Origin: Octopus sinensis
Taxonomy: Eukaryota
NCBI RefSeq assembly: GCF_006345805.1
Contig: NC_043009.1
Location: forward strand, 57,722,001 to 57,786,000
Direction of reading: 5' to 3'
Length of the DNA: 64,000 bases
Shown here: positions 27,306-40,786 of the stretch, piece by piece
Numbering within the stretch: the first letter of the stretch is position 1
Layout of the letters: every line of letters starts with the position of its first letter
Made by a program: the position numbers and the translations under genes
The notes under the pieces: model-generated
What the model saw: only the letters and a program-made list of their open reading frames with translations
What the model was told of the DNA's origin: nothing
Database searches by the model: none

Positions 27306-27713
27306 AGTGTGTGTATATGTATGTATTTAATATGCATAACTCAATGTTTATTGGAAAATCTGAAAGTATTGAATACGGTGTCGGGCCTTGTCGGTGTTCC
27401 GAAATTAAAGAGCCCAAGGAAGATCATAAGGAACATACACCTGAGAAGAATCAAAATAACAACAAGCATGAAAATGAAGGCAACACCAATACTAATATTA
27501 TTGAGCAACAATGATAATCAATGGTATACGCCATACAAAATAGACAGGAAAATTGAGACTTTTATACCGTTTGAAATTTAACTTACATAACCTTCAAAGA
27601 TCACATAAGCAAATTTAATTGTACATTCCTCCATTCATACATACATATATACATCCATCCATCCATCCATCCATCCATCCATCCATCCATCCATCCATCC
27701 ATCCATACATACA

Positions 27714-27744
<31 letters not shown>

Positions 27745-27940
27745 GTAGATTCATGCATGCTTAATGAGATAAGGATTTTTGGAAAAGGAAATATCAATCA
27801 GCGAACTCGCACTTTACAAAAATACTATGTGTAAGGGGAACAATAAAAATATGCAAACATTTTCTCAAGTTCAAAATGTGATATTGTTTTTGTTATGCAT
27901 ATTCTAATGATGAGAACAAAAAGTATGTCACATTTTAAAT

Positions 27941-28335
27941 TTGAGAAAAGTCTTGCATATTTTTACTGGTTGGAGAGTTTTCAACTCAGCGAAGTATGTG
28001 CTCAAAGCGAACCTTGACGAAGTCTTTCGCGAAAAACTCTTCAACGGCACGGTTCTACCTGCAATGCTCTATGCCCGTGAAACGTTATCAACAAGGAAGA
28101 ATGAGAAACAACGGTTTATAACGGTGCAAAGTGCCATGAAATAGTCGATGCTGGGAATCGCGAGAGTTTACATTCGAAATGAGCGCATCGGGGAAAGAAG
28201 CTAGATGAAGGATTTTATCACCGAATACCATCTGAACAAACTTAGATGGGCCGGACACGTCGAGTGGTGCACTGACAATCGGTGGACTCGTACAGTTTTC
28301 GAGAGGTAACGGAAACGACAACTGAGAAGGCTTCG
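27941..28335 (+). pseudogene. RTE-clade LINE, C-terminal ORF fragment
   Basis: One frame with in-frame stops: KLFNGTVLPAMLYARET...AMK*SMLGI...KLRWAGHVEWCTDNRWT. This matches the RTE post-RT signature LP...YA.ETW and LRWAGHV.R..D.RW. Confidence 0.8.
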
Positions 28336-28520
28336 ACTCTGGCTGATTGATGATGTTGAGAGAATAGAATGATGAAACCGCAATGGAGAAAGAGTGCAGG
28401 GTCAAGAAGGGAGTGAATGAAATGCTGCGGCCAGCGGATTCAAGCAACACCCAACAGTCTGGCCGGTGAAGGTAACAGTCTGATATGATAGCTTTATATA
28501 TTTGTTAGAAAAAGCCCCTT

Positions 28521-28556
<36 letters not shown>

Positions 28557-29789
28557 TATGAATGTTGCCGCAATCAAGTTTCGCGCTATGAGTCCGCAAG
28601 GAGCCCGAACAAACACTGCACGGTACTCTATCTGACGCTCCAAGTTGATTCTACCAATTCGATTGCATACAAATTTATTTTAATATATCAGTCTCGAGCT
28701 GTTTTAATTCATTTAGACAACATAACATTATATTAATTTTTACGCGTATAACTGTACGTATACATACATACATACATTCGTATATACTACATATATGTAT
28801 ATGCGTGTGTGAGTATATACATTTCTATCTATCTATCTATCTTTCTATCCACATATATATTTGTACATAGAAATATATGTATACATATCCATACATACAC
28901 ACATATGTACTATATAGATGAAGTCTGAATTAATCATGTAATATTAATGATTTAATTATGTTTGTACAATTGCGCAAGAAAAATTTGTGTCAACACATTC
29001 TGTAGGATATATTGAATAATTCAAAGTGTCAATATATGTATCTGTATTTTATCTATCCACGAATGTTGGTTGTCGATGTTCAAAACATATATGCAGAGCA
29101 TTCACAAACTTCACATCATATATGCATATCTGTATGCGTTTCTTTCTCTATATGCAAGCAGCTTTTTTGTTGAACCGTGTGTGTATATAGATACATACAT
29201 AATACATAAATACATACATTCATATATATATATATTCATATAACTAAATGGTTTATATGTAGAACCGTATACATGTTTGAAATCGCATCTCAACCAATTA
29301 TATCTGTAAGTTTTCAAATTCATGTACTGTAATTACGTGTTATCAACGACATTTTTTTAAAAGAATTATATCCTATCAATTTCCATTACAGAACTATAAA
29401 TACAATTTCTATAATATGCTAATGTCATTTTAAATGGAGTTTTCAAACATAAAACTCTTGGCAGCTGAGTCACTGTTGTTGAATACGAAGCCAGTACACG
29501 TATATACAAACGCATATATACATATATGAATGCATGTATAATTAAATGTATGTATGTGTGTGTGTGTGTATACGGAGGCAAATACTCTTAAACAGAAATA
29601 GATGTAAAGAGCGGATTTACATTGAGTGCTGCGTATGAACCGAATGGATGTAATCAAGTCGTATGTATCTATTCATAATGGTTGCTTTCTCCTAAGTTAT
29701 TTGACAGCGTTTTGTGACGAGGATAACATGGCTTCGCATCACAGGTCTTTCAGAATCCAAGTCCATACACCTAAAATATTATCACCATT

Positions 29790-29881
29790 ATCATCATCAT
29801 CATCATCATCATCATCGTCATCATCATCGTCATCATCATCATCATCATCATTCATCATCATCATCATCATCATCGTCGTCG

Positions 29882-29938
<57 letters not shown>

Positions 29939-29983
29939 ACATCATCATCATCATCATCATTATCATCATCATCATCATCATCG

Positions 29984-30023
<40 letters not shown>

Positions 30024-30165
30024 TTTCATTTAACGTCTGTTTTCCATAATGGCATGAGTTAGATGGTTTGATAGGGCTAGCCAAGCAGCACATTGCACTA
30101 GGCTTCACCGTATGCTTTGACAGGGTTTTTACGGTTTGATGCCCTTCCTAACACCAACCAGCTTT
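29790..30165 (-). mobile_element. 3' end of a (TGA)n-tailed retroposon with a greatly expanded (CAT)n tract
   Basis: (CAT)n about 29790-30022 followed by TTTAACGTCTGTTTTCC...GATGCCCTTCCTAACACCAACC. A related copy lies at about 52305-52450. Confidence 0.65.
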
Positions 30166-30794
30166 ATATATACATATATGCTGAGACCCCCAATTGCACC
30201 TAGGAGGTTACCTTCACCAGTTGGCTATACGATACGATCTATGTCCTTACATTTTCGAACAAGGGATACAAGCATCCCCACCCAGCTCAAAATAATATCC
30301 ATGTATCGTGATTCCCTTGTTCGAAAATATAAGAATACAGGTCGTGTCGTATATCCAGCTGGAGACGATGTCTCCTGGGGCTAAATTACAGCAACATTCG
30401 TCCTAAATCATGACTGCCATGTTATGTTGGTAAATAATCTTTACTCCAAAGTACTGTTGATGAATATCTCTCGTTGTGAGATTTACAAATAGTAATTTTC
30501 TACCCGAAACAGCTGTAAAGAAAATTGATTTCCATATGTTTGCATTCTTTATACCTACTTTTGTTTTTCCTTCTTAATTTTGAAACAATCCACAATAAGA
30601 CGGGCATGGTATTGTTGCTATCTAAACTATATGGTAACCAACCTAAAACTTGACACTGATTTCTGATATTTCAAGAAATTTTGTCCTGGAAAATAAGTGT
30701 TACACTTACGATTTTTTTTAGGGAGAGACATGTACTCTGAAACGAATGATATGACTACAGTCTAGAATACTATTTATACAAGTATAACAACAGC

Positions 30795-30800
30795 ATTAAT

Positions 30801-30870
<70 letters not shown>

Positions 30871-30951
30871 GCTACTACTACTACTACCACCACCACCACC
30901 ACCAACACCACTACTACCACCACCATAACCACGACCACCACCACGACCACG

Positions 30952-30982
<31 letters not shown>

Positions 30983-30985
30983 ATG
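30795..30985. repeat. (ACT)n/(ACC)n trinucleotide microsatellite
   Basis: Direct inspection. Confidence 0.95.
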
Positions 30986-31260
30986 GTATTAGTTGTGGTG
31001 CTGCTACAACTACAATAACAGTTTCAAATTTTAGCATAAAGCCAGCAATTTCGAGTGAGGGGTAAGTCGATTACATCGACCCCAGTGCTGGACTGGTCCT
31101 TAGCGGGAATATGAACTCAGAACGTGATGACGAGTGAAAATGTTCCAAAGCGTTTTGGCCGGCATGCTAACGATTCTGCCAGCTCGCAATAATATGGAAA
31201 ATAAAAGAAATTGAACCTGGAGTGATCACGGAGGGTAAAAAAAAGTAATAAAAGGAAACC

Positions 31261-31723
31261 CGGTGAAATTATAGACTTGGCAGTTCTATATGAGAGCAGG
31301 GTGATGGATACGAAAGAAATCGGAAAAATTGAGAAATATTAGGAACGTGGTCAGTGAATTGGAGACCTTGTGGAACACGACGGAGACAATTGTTTTTGTG
31401 GTGATCGGTGCATTTGGCAAAACAAACGAAATTACTCCCTAACTGGATGAGAGATATTGGAATTGAAATATGTCAGCCTACAGGAACGTGACATCTTGTG
31501 TTCTGGATTCTGGATTTGCCAAGAATCCTGAGAAAGATTCTGGAAATTTCAGAAGAGTTGTCACTATTCCTCAAGATAACAACCCAGATAATTAAATTTG
31601 CCTGTAATTGCTTTTGATTAATAATAATAATGATGATGATGATGATAATAATTATAATAATAACAATAATAATAATAATGATAATAAAATAATGATATTA
31701 ATGATGATGATAATAATAACAAA

Positions 31724-31750
<27 letters not shown>
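31261..31750 (+). pseudogene. RLE-type (R4/Dong/NeSL-like) LINE 3' fragment with (AAT)n tail
   Basis: EIIDLAVLYESRV..KEIGKIEKY; SELETLWNTTETIVFVVIGAFG; ARILRKILEI (frameshifted). Matches the restriction-like endonuclease motif IIDIAVP...K.EKY...VPVVIGALG; followed by an (AAT)n tail. Confidence 0.7.
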
Positions 31751-31754
<4 letters not shown>

Positions 31755-31810
31755 GACGATGATGACGATGATGATGACGATGATGATGATGATGATGATG
31801 ATGATAATGG

Positions 31811-31857
<47 letters not shown>

Positions 31858-31996
31858 GTAGTGGTGGTGATGATGATGGTGATGGCGATGGTGGTGGTGA
31901 TGGTGGTGGCAATGCTGCTGCTGATATAGATGATGATGATGATGATGATGATGGCGGTGGTGGTGATGATGATGATGATGAGATGATGATGATGAA

Positions 31997-32032
<36 letters not shown>
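31750..32032. repeat. (GAT)n/(GGT)n trinucleotide microsatellite
   Basis: Direct inspection. Confidence 0.95.
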
Positions 32033-32469
32033 CAAAACACCGACAAATAAAATAAACTAATAATAAAACGGTAATGCAATATCGCCACCGGTTGTTAGAA
32101 AGGGATTCAAAGGCTTACCAAAATCGGTGCTATCACAGAATCGTCACGAAAAAAAACAAAACAAAAAAAGATGTATGAACGAAACAAGTTCTGCTAATTT
32201 CAACAATCTGATAACAGGGGCGAACCTTTAGTTTGGAAGAAAATCCCTAAAATAAACAAATAAACGAGTCAATTAGCTGGGGTATCAACTGTATCTAATT
32301 ACTTTTCCCCATAAATTTATGTAGATATACCCCACCTCACATCCCTAAACGTTTGACCCAATTACGCCTCTATTCGCAGTTGCAACAAGCAAAGGAGCCG
32401 GTACACACTCCTCCTGTCTGTTAGAAATAGCAGTTGAATGTCTCTCATTACTGCCGTCTTTAAAAAGAA

Positions 32470-33290
32470 TGGAGGTTCGTGGCTTAGTGGTTACGGTTTT
32501 GGACTCATCAAATTAGGATTGTGGTTTCGATTCCTGGTGCGGGGGCGACGCGCTGAGTTCTTGAGCAAAACACTTCATTTCAAGTTTTTCCAGTCCACTC
32601 AGCTGGCAAAAATGACGAATTTCTGCGACGGGTCTACATCCCGTCCAAGTGAGGAATATACACAGACATGCAGGAAGTAAACAGACACCTTTAATTTTCA
32701 AAATCTTCCATTTGATATTAATTGGTTGAAGGAGAGGTTTTCTTCTAACTACTTGTCCATAATACCCAAGCTTATGCAGATATGTAATACACGTTGTTGG
32801 ACTAACTTCTAGCTGTTTTGCAATGTTAGAAGCCTTCGAACGGGGTTCGTTTTACACAATTCTCTTCAAACAGCGAAGCTTCCTTTTCCAGGGTCCAGGT
32901 CGGCCGGGACGATAATCTGTTGATTCTTTTCCTTGGCTTTTGAATTGCACTATAATTCTATCAACAGTAAAAAGAGGAATTTGAAGATTTTCGGCAATTT
33001 TTCGGTGGCTGAGACTAGCCTCAGATTGCCCAACAATACGACCTCTTTGAAAATTTGAGTTCCGCTCAATTTTTTGTGTGTGGCATGGTTACCCTTCGCA
33101 AATGTTTAATATAATGGTACCTGGAATGAAAAAGAATAATTAGATTGTAAACTCTACACCGCTGAAAACATATTAAGACGCTTAGATCAGAAAGTTTGAA
33201 AATTAAAGGTGTCTATTTACTTCCTGCATGTCTGTGTATATGCGTGACGGGAACCGGAAAACCGATCTTATGAGTCTATATGCCCCGAGG
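32470..33290 (+). mobile_element. SINE family C copy split by a Tc1 insertion
   Basis: 32470-32660 and 33239-33290 join to resemble the intact copy at 44008-44260. Confidence 0.7.
32661..33236 (-). mobile_element. Internally deleted Tc1 element with intact 42-bp TIRs and TA target duplication
   Basis: TIRs 32661-32702 and 33195-33236 (41/42 identical), TA on both sides. Minus strand encodes a frameshifted N-terminus: [26 protein letters not shown]...RPGRPGP...LHKLGYYGQVVRRKPLL. The catalytic domain is absent. Confidence 0.92.
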
Positions 33291-33844
33291 AGGAATTCCT
33301 CTTACTTTTACTTAAAAGAGAGAAAGTGCATAGTACAATGTACGACGCGGTATGTAAAAAGAGGGAATGGTTACGGCTAAAATGCCATCAGTCATCGATC
33401 TGATGACTTGGAACCGATGTGAAGTTAAAGAATTTCGGCATCTGTAACATTTGAACCAAAGATGGAGCCCGTATGTGGATACTAGATTTGCTAGAAAATG
33501 CAGCCAAATCTCCACCAGAAGCATACGTTACCTACCTTCTTAAGAAAGGGAGAAGGCGTTTCACCGTACAAATATATTCTCCAATATTACAAGCAGGTGC
33601 AGTTGACACGTTTAGAGCGCCTTTAATTCAAAGTCGACTCGATGATCAGTGACAGGAGGTTAAAAATAAGCATCAAAACCAAAATAAATCTAGTCAATTA
33701 ACTGAAATTTCTTTAGAGTAATCCGTCGCCATATCGCGGTTCGCCTATCGCGGTTCACCTATCACGGTTTATTATTTAAGCTTACGTAGATTCCTCCGTG
33801 ATCTTTGTTTGCATTTTATAATAAAATATATATATATACAAGTA

Positions 33845-34080
33845 GGCTTAGGAGTGGCTGTGTGGTAAGTAGCTTGCTCACAAACCACATGGTAGCAGGT
33901 TTAGTCCCACTGCGTGGCACCTTGGGCAAGTGTCTTCTACTATAGCCTCGGGCTGACCAATACCTTTTGATGGATTTGGTAGATGGAAACTGGAGGAAGC
34001 CCGTCGTATATATGTGTATATATATGTGTCTGTTTGAGTGCCTGTGTTTGTCTCCCCAACATTGCTTGACAACCGATGGT
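33845..34080 (+). mobile_element. SINE family A, 3' truncated
   Basis: Head and internal microsatellite present; joined directly to a family E fragment. Confidence 0.8.
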
Positions 34081-34502
34081 CGAGTAACCCATCCCGCTCA
34101 AAAGGTCCCTGAATAAGGGTTGTTTAAGGATGTTGAACGAACCACCCATGTTTCCAAAGGTGAATTATCCAAATCCTGAAGAATTCTTCTCAACATACGT
34201 CTATGATGCTCCCTCACTACTTCTGCTCATGATCAGAGATACACATATCGTCAGCCACTAAGGGACATGCTCAACTGGTTAAGGTCAAACATCTGACAAG
34301 CAAATCTATGGTATTGAGCAGAAAATTTGCTGTAGCCCATCTTTTATACCAAGACGAAACAATGCATATGATAACATTTCCAATCAGTTAAGATCAGAAG
34401 CCACAAGAGACACTGCCTGGTATTGCATCAGGACATTTAGTATTATTATTATTATTATCATTATTATTATTATTATCATCATCATTATTATTATTATTAT
34501 TA

Positions 34503-34536
<34 letters not shown>

Positions 34537-34540
34537 CTTT
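34080..34540 (-). mobile_element. Repeat family E fragment plus (ATT)n
   Basis: Colinear with 60232-60582. Confidence 0.8.
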
Positions 34541-35659
34541 ATAATTTGTATATATTTATTTTACTATAAATGCGAAACAACACAACGGAGAAATCTACGT
34601 AAGTTTAAATAATAAACGGTGATATAGCGAGGGACTGCTATATTACTATATTCCACCTCTACTGCCATATTTTATTCACATTCATTACATGTACCCCACA
34701 AATTCTCCCCACCCCTATTTCTCCTTCAACAATAACTATCACATATTTTAGGGCAAATGTGTGCTTCACTTTCATGATGGTAGCATTCTCCTCCTCATCC
34801 TTCTCCTCCTCCTCATATTCCTTGTCCTCGTCTACCTTGTCCTTGCCCTTCCATCTCCTCCTATTCCTTTTCCTCCTCCTCCGCCTTCGCCGCCGCCGCC
34901 TCCTCTTCTCCTACCACCATATTCCAAGGAAACCTATTACACACTCAAATCTCATTCTCTCAAGTCTTTTCTCTTTTCATGTTTATCTTAATTTTTCTTT
35001 CATTTTTTTCTTCTTCTTCTTGCTTTTGTATTATTTTTGAATAATTCTCCAAAATCTTCTTTGCACATGTGTGTGCGTGTGTGTGTGTGCGTTTGTGAAA
35101 TCTCTCTCTCTCTCTCTCTCTCTCTGTCTACAAACACACACGTATATTCGTATATATATATATATCAGTCATAGAGAAAATTCTTTTCGTTGTAGACTTA
35201 GAGGTGTAAACACACCAAATTAGTTCGCAGCGCTCCCTAACCACTGTCTTTCCCTGTAACCACAATATTTCTCTCTCCCCCACTTTCTTTCACTCTCTAC
35301 CCCCCTCTCTCTGTCTCTGTCTCCGTCTCTCTCTCTCTCTCTCTCTCTATTCACACGCATATATATCAGTCATGGAGAAAACGTTTCGCTGTAGACAGAA
35401 AGGTGTCAACAACACCGAGTCAGTTGGCTCTCTCCGCCCCCCCCCCAACCATTGGATGCATGCATTTACGAGTTGTGACTGTATGGTGAGAAGTTTGCTT
35501 CCCAAACACATGGTTCCATCTACAGTTCCACACCGAGTCACTTTGGGCTCGTGTCTCCTGCTATACAGCCTGGGGTCGATCGAAGCCTTGTGAGTGAATT
35601 CCTTAGACGGAAACTGAAATAAGCCCGTCACACACACACACACACACATATATCAATAT

Positions 35660-35886
35660 AAACGGTTTGCCAAAATTCATCTGACAGTAAATCAAAACCA
35701 TTTAATTCCAAGATTATTTATGTTTAACAATTGAATGAATTTAATAAAAGCATCTAAATATGAAACAGCATGAAAATTGTTCAAACTGAAGTCCTTCTTA
35801 ACCAACACATTTTTCCATTCGAGTCAATACAGAGTTACAGATAGTATTTACGGAATTTTGATCGGGTGACTTTTAACCAGCCCTGA
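35660..35886. mobile_element. Tc1/mariner-like MITE
   Basis: Degenerate TIRs (GCCAAAATTCATCTGACAGTAAATCAAAA / CGGGTGACTTTTAACCAGCCCTG). A second left end starts at about 35907. Confidence 0.4.
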
Positions 35887-35953
35887 ATATATGTATATAT
35901 TTATATATACAGGCATGGTCAAAAGTCAGCCGACAGTAAATCAAAATTATATA

Positions 35954-35995
<42 letters not shown>

Positions 35996-36744
35996 AAATA
36001 CAAAATGGAATAAGAACGCAAAAGATCCGGACAGTTAGGTGATACAAAAAGAGACAACAAAACATCCAGATAGACGATACGAAGAAAACAAGGACTGGTC
36101 ATTCGAAGTTTTCTTTCCTCAGTCAAGCACCAGATTATCCTCGCAATTTCGGCTGTTTATTCTTGAGATTGCTCCAGTATGGCCAGCCCTAAGGAAAAAC
36201 TAAGCTAACAGCATTAGATTGCTTAGAAGAAAGCAATGAATGTATACAAAAACAAGGAAGGAAAAAACGGGTGTTACACAAATAAAATTAAAATGATAAC
36301 AGAACATAACAACGGTGTCTTTCGACTAAGGACGAAATAAATTAAGCAAGCGTGTGGAAAGGAAGCCTAACTGCAGGGATAGAGGGTTTCATGAACATAG
36401 GGAGGAAATAGATGTTGCTCGGACAACGGCCAGACCAAGAAAGAAAGAACAGGCTTGGCCGAACGCCGGTCACGTGGGAAGAGATCAGAGAGAAGTAGAA
36501 GGAGAGGGACAGAAGAATTAAGGAGGGGCGAGGAAAAATGACAGGGACACAGTGAAGTGAAAAATGGAAGGAAAGTGACCAAGAAGAGAAGGCAAAGAAA
36601 TGTGAGAGATCGGATCGAAAGAACGAAGAATGGAATGAACGAATAAGCGTGAAAGGGCTGATAGACAGAAACAGAGTCGTACAAGATTTAGAAAAATGTA
36701 TACTTACATATAAGAGATCAAAGTGTACGTACGCCGCTATATAT

Positions 36745-37242
36745 ACGAAAGGATGAAAGGCAAAGTCGACCTCGGCGGAATTTGAATTCAGAATGTAGCG
36801 GTAAATTCAGAACGTAGCGGCAGATGAAATACCTATTTCTTTACTACCCACAAGGAGCTAAACACAGAGAGGACAAACAAAGACAGACAAACGGATTAAG
36901 TCGATTATATCGACCCCAGTGCGTAACTGGTACTTAATTTATCGACCCCGAAAGGATGAAGGGCAAAGTCGACCTCTGCGGAATTTGAACTCAGAACGCA
37001 GCGGCTGACAAAATACTTATTTCTTTACTACCCACAAGGGGCTAAACACAGAGGGGACAAACAATGACAGATAAACGGATTTAGTCTATTATATCGATCC
37101 CAGTGCGTAACCGGTACTTATTTAATCGACCCCGAAAGGATGAAAGGCAAAGTCGACCTCGGCGGAATTTGAACTCACAACATAACGGCAGACGAAATAC
37201 CGCTAAGCATTTCGCCCGGCGTGCTAACGCTTCTGCCAGCAG
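36745..37242 (-). mobile_element. SINE family B concatemer (head + about 3 body units)
   Basis: Units joined by GAAATACCTATTTC-type junctions at 36826 and 37010. Confidence 0.9.
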
Positions 37243-37724
37243 CACACACACACACACATGCGGTGGTGCTCCAGCACGACCGCAATACATGGCTGAGAAG
37301 AATAACAAAACATAAAACGTGTTTGTGTGTTTGCGTGCAATCTCTTGGTGCTTCGACTTTTGTTTCTTTCGTTCTTCTACCAATTTTCCTTCAAACCTCC
37401 TCTCTTTATGTTTAGATTTTCCATTCTTCTTATCCTTTCCTTCTTTGATTTCTTTCTTTATTCCATCTTTGTCTCATCGTTCTTACTCATTCTTCTCTCT
37501 TTCCGCTCTCTATCTCTTTCGTCATTTACCCTCTTTCTCACCACCACCATGGCCACCACCACCACCACCACTTCCGACTCTTTCACGACAATCCGCCTCT
37601 TGCTCTTTATTTACGAAACCCCTCTAAGTCTACTTATCTGTCATATTGCTGCCTTTTAGCTTCCACCTAATCCTCTGTTTACGTACCAGAGACTTCCTCG
37701 CACAACGCACTCTCGGAATACGCA

Positions 37725-38660
37725 TTCCCATACATACATACATACATACATACATGCATGCATGCAAATATACATAATTATATGCATACATAAATACATA
37801 TATACATGACTAAATATAGACATACATGCATACAAATATACATGCATGCATATATACATACTTATTAGTATGCATACATACATAGTGCATATATGCATAC
37901 ATATACACATACATACATGAATACAAATATACATACACAAGCATACATACATACATACAATTATATATACATGCATACATGTATATGTACATGCATACAA
38001 ATATACATACATATACATACATAAATGCGTAATTCTATGAATGTATACATGCGTATATACATATGTCCGAACGTGCATACAGTGTATATATACATTTATT
38101 AATATAACTATATAGGTTTAGACATGTCTTTGAACCGTATGCCTCAATGCGTGCATATATAAATACGTAGGCACATAGAGTGCGTGTATGTATGTATGCA
38201 TACATGTATGTATATATATAGATACATACGTATATATGCACATATAAATATATGCATGTATATAAACGCATATATATGTGTATTGATATATAGGTATATA
38301 TGTATAACGAATGTATATATATATATATATTCATGTATATATATGATAAATGCATATACATACGTACACACACACACACACATATATATATAAATGTACA
38401 TGTATGTATATGCATACCCACAAATGTACACGTACAAATACATGTATGTCTATGTAAGCCAAATATATAAGCATATATATTTGATAATATATGTATATAT
38501 ACGCATATATATATATACACACACACACACATGCCCGTATAAATTGTATAAACATATGTGTCTATATATATATATATATGTGTGTGTATGCGAGTGTGTA
38601 TACGTACAAACCTGCTCATACACACACACATACACAAACACGTACACACACGCACACTTA
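37725..38660. repeat. Degenerate (CATA)n/(TA)n low-complexity region
   Basis: Direct inspection. Confidence 0.9.
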
Positions 38661-39334
38661 CCTTCACTATTTACAGACATTCTCCTCATCTCTAACACAC
38701 CTCATACTCCCCTTCAAACACTTCCCCCCTTGTCCTCACTTTTCCTACTTTGCTCCTTCTCCTTCTTCTCCTCAACCCCTTCTCTAGTTCCTCCTCCTAC
38801 CTACTTCACATGTCTCTTAATTATCTCTTTGATTATTTCTCCAGTCACCAACTTCCATTCTCACTTTATCAAATGTTTGTGATACCCGAAGCGGCAAAAC
38901 ACCCTCCACCCGCCAAAGCCTCGCTACCTTATTTTTGTTTCAATATTTTTCTTTGCCATCTATTTATTTTTGTTTATTCCACTTTGCTTATCGCACCATT
39001 TCTTAACCATTTCGCACCATAGATTCTTCATTTGATTTATTCAAACAGTTGCCGCCACTCAATTCCAAATTCTTTATTTCATGGCTTGGAAAACATCGAG
39101 GTATCTGAAAATATAATTTAGCTATCAGCTGTGTGTGTGTATGTGTGTGCGGTGAGCGTTTAAGCACAAACGTTTATGCATATATAAATTTACACATACA
39201 CATAGACATACACACACGCTAGCACCCAAGCATATATACATTGGAAGAATTCAGAAACTATTCAGATATTATGGAGTGGATTGTTTTTAACACTGGAATC
39301 GAAGTAGACGCAAAAAAAAAAAATTATTTAATTC

Positions 39335-39605
39335 ATTTTGCGGGAAGGACTGCTTCGGTCTGGCCGAGTTCTGCCCTTACCTTCGAAACACGCATTGAGT
39401 CGAAACAGGGGCAGATGAAGAAGGAGTCTGTTCCTTGTATCGTTTGTCTTGTACTCTGTTTTTTCGTTGTTAAAAAAAGGCCTTTTCCTCGTTTGATTTT
39501 ATGTTTTCGTTTCTCGTGGTGTTCTACGTTTATTTGTGGTGTCCTGTACTCATATATGCATGTATATATACATATAGATGTAGGTATGTACATATATGTA
39601 TGTAT
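39335..39605 (+). repeat. Interspersed repeat family P (copy 2)
   Basis: Colinear with the reverse complement of 6225-6485. Confidence 0.6.
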
Positions 39606-40503
39606 GAATATGTTTTATTTATTAAATTGTTATTATATGATTGAACGCTCGCGTCGTTTTTCTTCTTCTCCAAGTAAGTTTTAGACAAATATATAAATCC
39701 TTGACTGGGAGAAAGTCAGTGGCTGCCTGTGGGACACAAATCCACATCTTCTGTACAAGTATCAGACGCGTTAATCATTACACCAGAGTGGCACCCTCAA
39801 TTTTGTCCATACATCTTAGAAGCTTTTTTTTTTTTAACAGCGAATGTTTCATGATTATAAGAGTTGAAAACATCGAAAAGTATGAAATAAAATGTTTCTT
39901 CGACGGCAGAACTCGAAGTAGATATAGCTATATATAATATCTCATGTGTGTATACAAATACACACACATGTGCAGATATACACACTTATAATGCAGTCCT
40001 TTATTTTCTGTCGATTACCGACACATGTGGCGCTTATAAATTTGCTTACTAAATATTCTCACATTTTAAAATGCTATTATTTAGCATAACAATTAGAAGG
40101 AATGTGTCTTCTGAGATTTCTTAGCATAATGGTTTAAAATGCTCAGCCGGAATTTGAGAGGAACTGGATTCGATTCCTTCTGGAAGCCTGTTGTCTACTG
40201 TTACCCGTCTTCTAAATGGTATTTACCCGACTCTGTAAGCTGTCCTCGCACCCTTCATGTGTTCACGAATTCCTTTATTCTCTGTTTCTCTCTCTTTATA
40301 TATATATATATATATATATATCTATATAATATATTTAATATATATATATATACACATATATATATGTGTGTGGATATATATATATATGTATATATGTGTA
40401 ATTATATATATATATATGTGTGTGTTATATATATATATATGTACATATTATATATATATATATATATTCATACATATATATATGTACATATATATATATT
40501 TGT

Positions 40504-40537
<34 letters not shown>

Positions 40538-40732
40538 TATTATATAATATATAAGAAACGACACGAATGGTTATGACTCACTATCGCTGTTTCAGGTTTC
40601 GAATGCGTTTCTTTTTTTATCAGAGGAATAACTGTTTTGTTCTGGAGAATTAAAAACTTGAAAGTTAAAATTAGGTTCAGAAACATTCCCAAGATATGGA
40701 ATGTGAACTGACCCTCCCATTTTGTCATATAT

Positions 40733-40786
<54 letters not shown>

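Noticed and set aside
27340-27580. Possible transmembrane-coding exon on the minus strand ([17 protein letters not shown])
   Set aside because: Weak acceptor and no recognisable family; hydrophobic runs arise easily from T-rich sequence.
28585-28615. CTATGAGTCCGCAAGGAG hammerhead-like hairpin
   Set aside because: G5 missing, no GAAA and no stems I or III.
30438-30522. Complete hammerhead around GAAACAGCTGTA
   Set aside because: Only the 3' half is clear; the core and stem II upstream are disrupted. Noted under H4.
35160-35440. Diverged tandem duplication of about 200 bp, each copy preceded by (TC)n
   Set aside because: Ordinary old local duplication with no coding or structural signal.
35995-36700. 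Hammerhead in a probable Penelope-like end (minus strand CTGAGGA...CGAAT)
   Set aside because: No GAAA at the right place and stem I cannot be formed.
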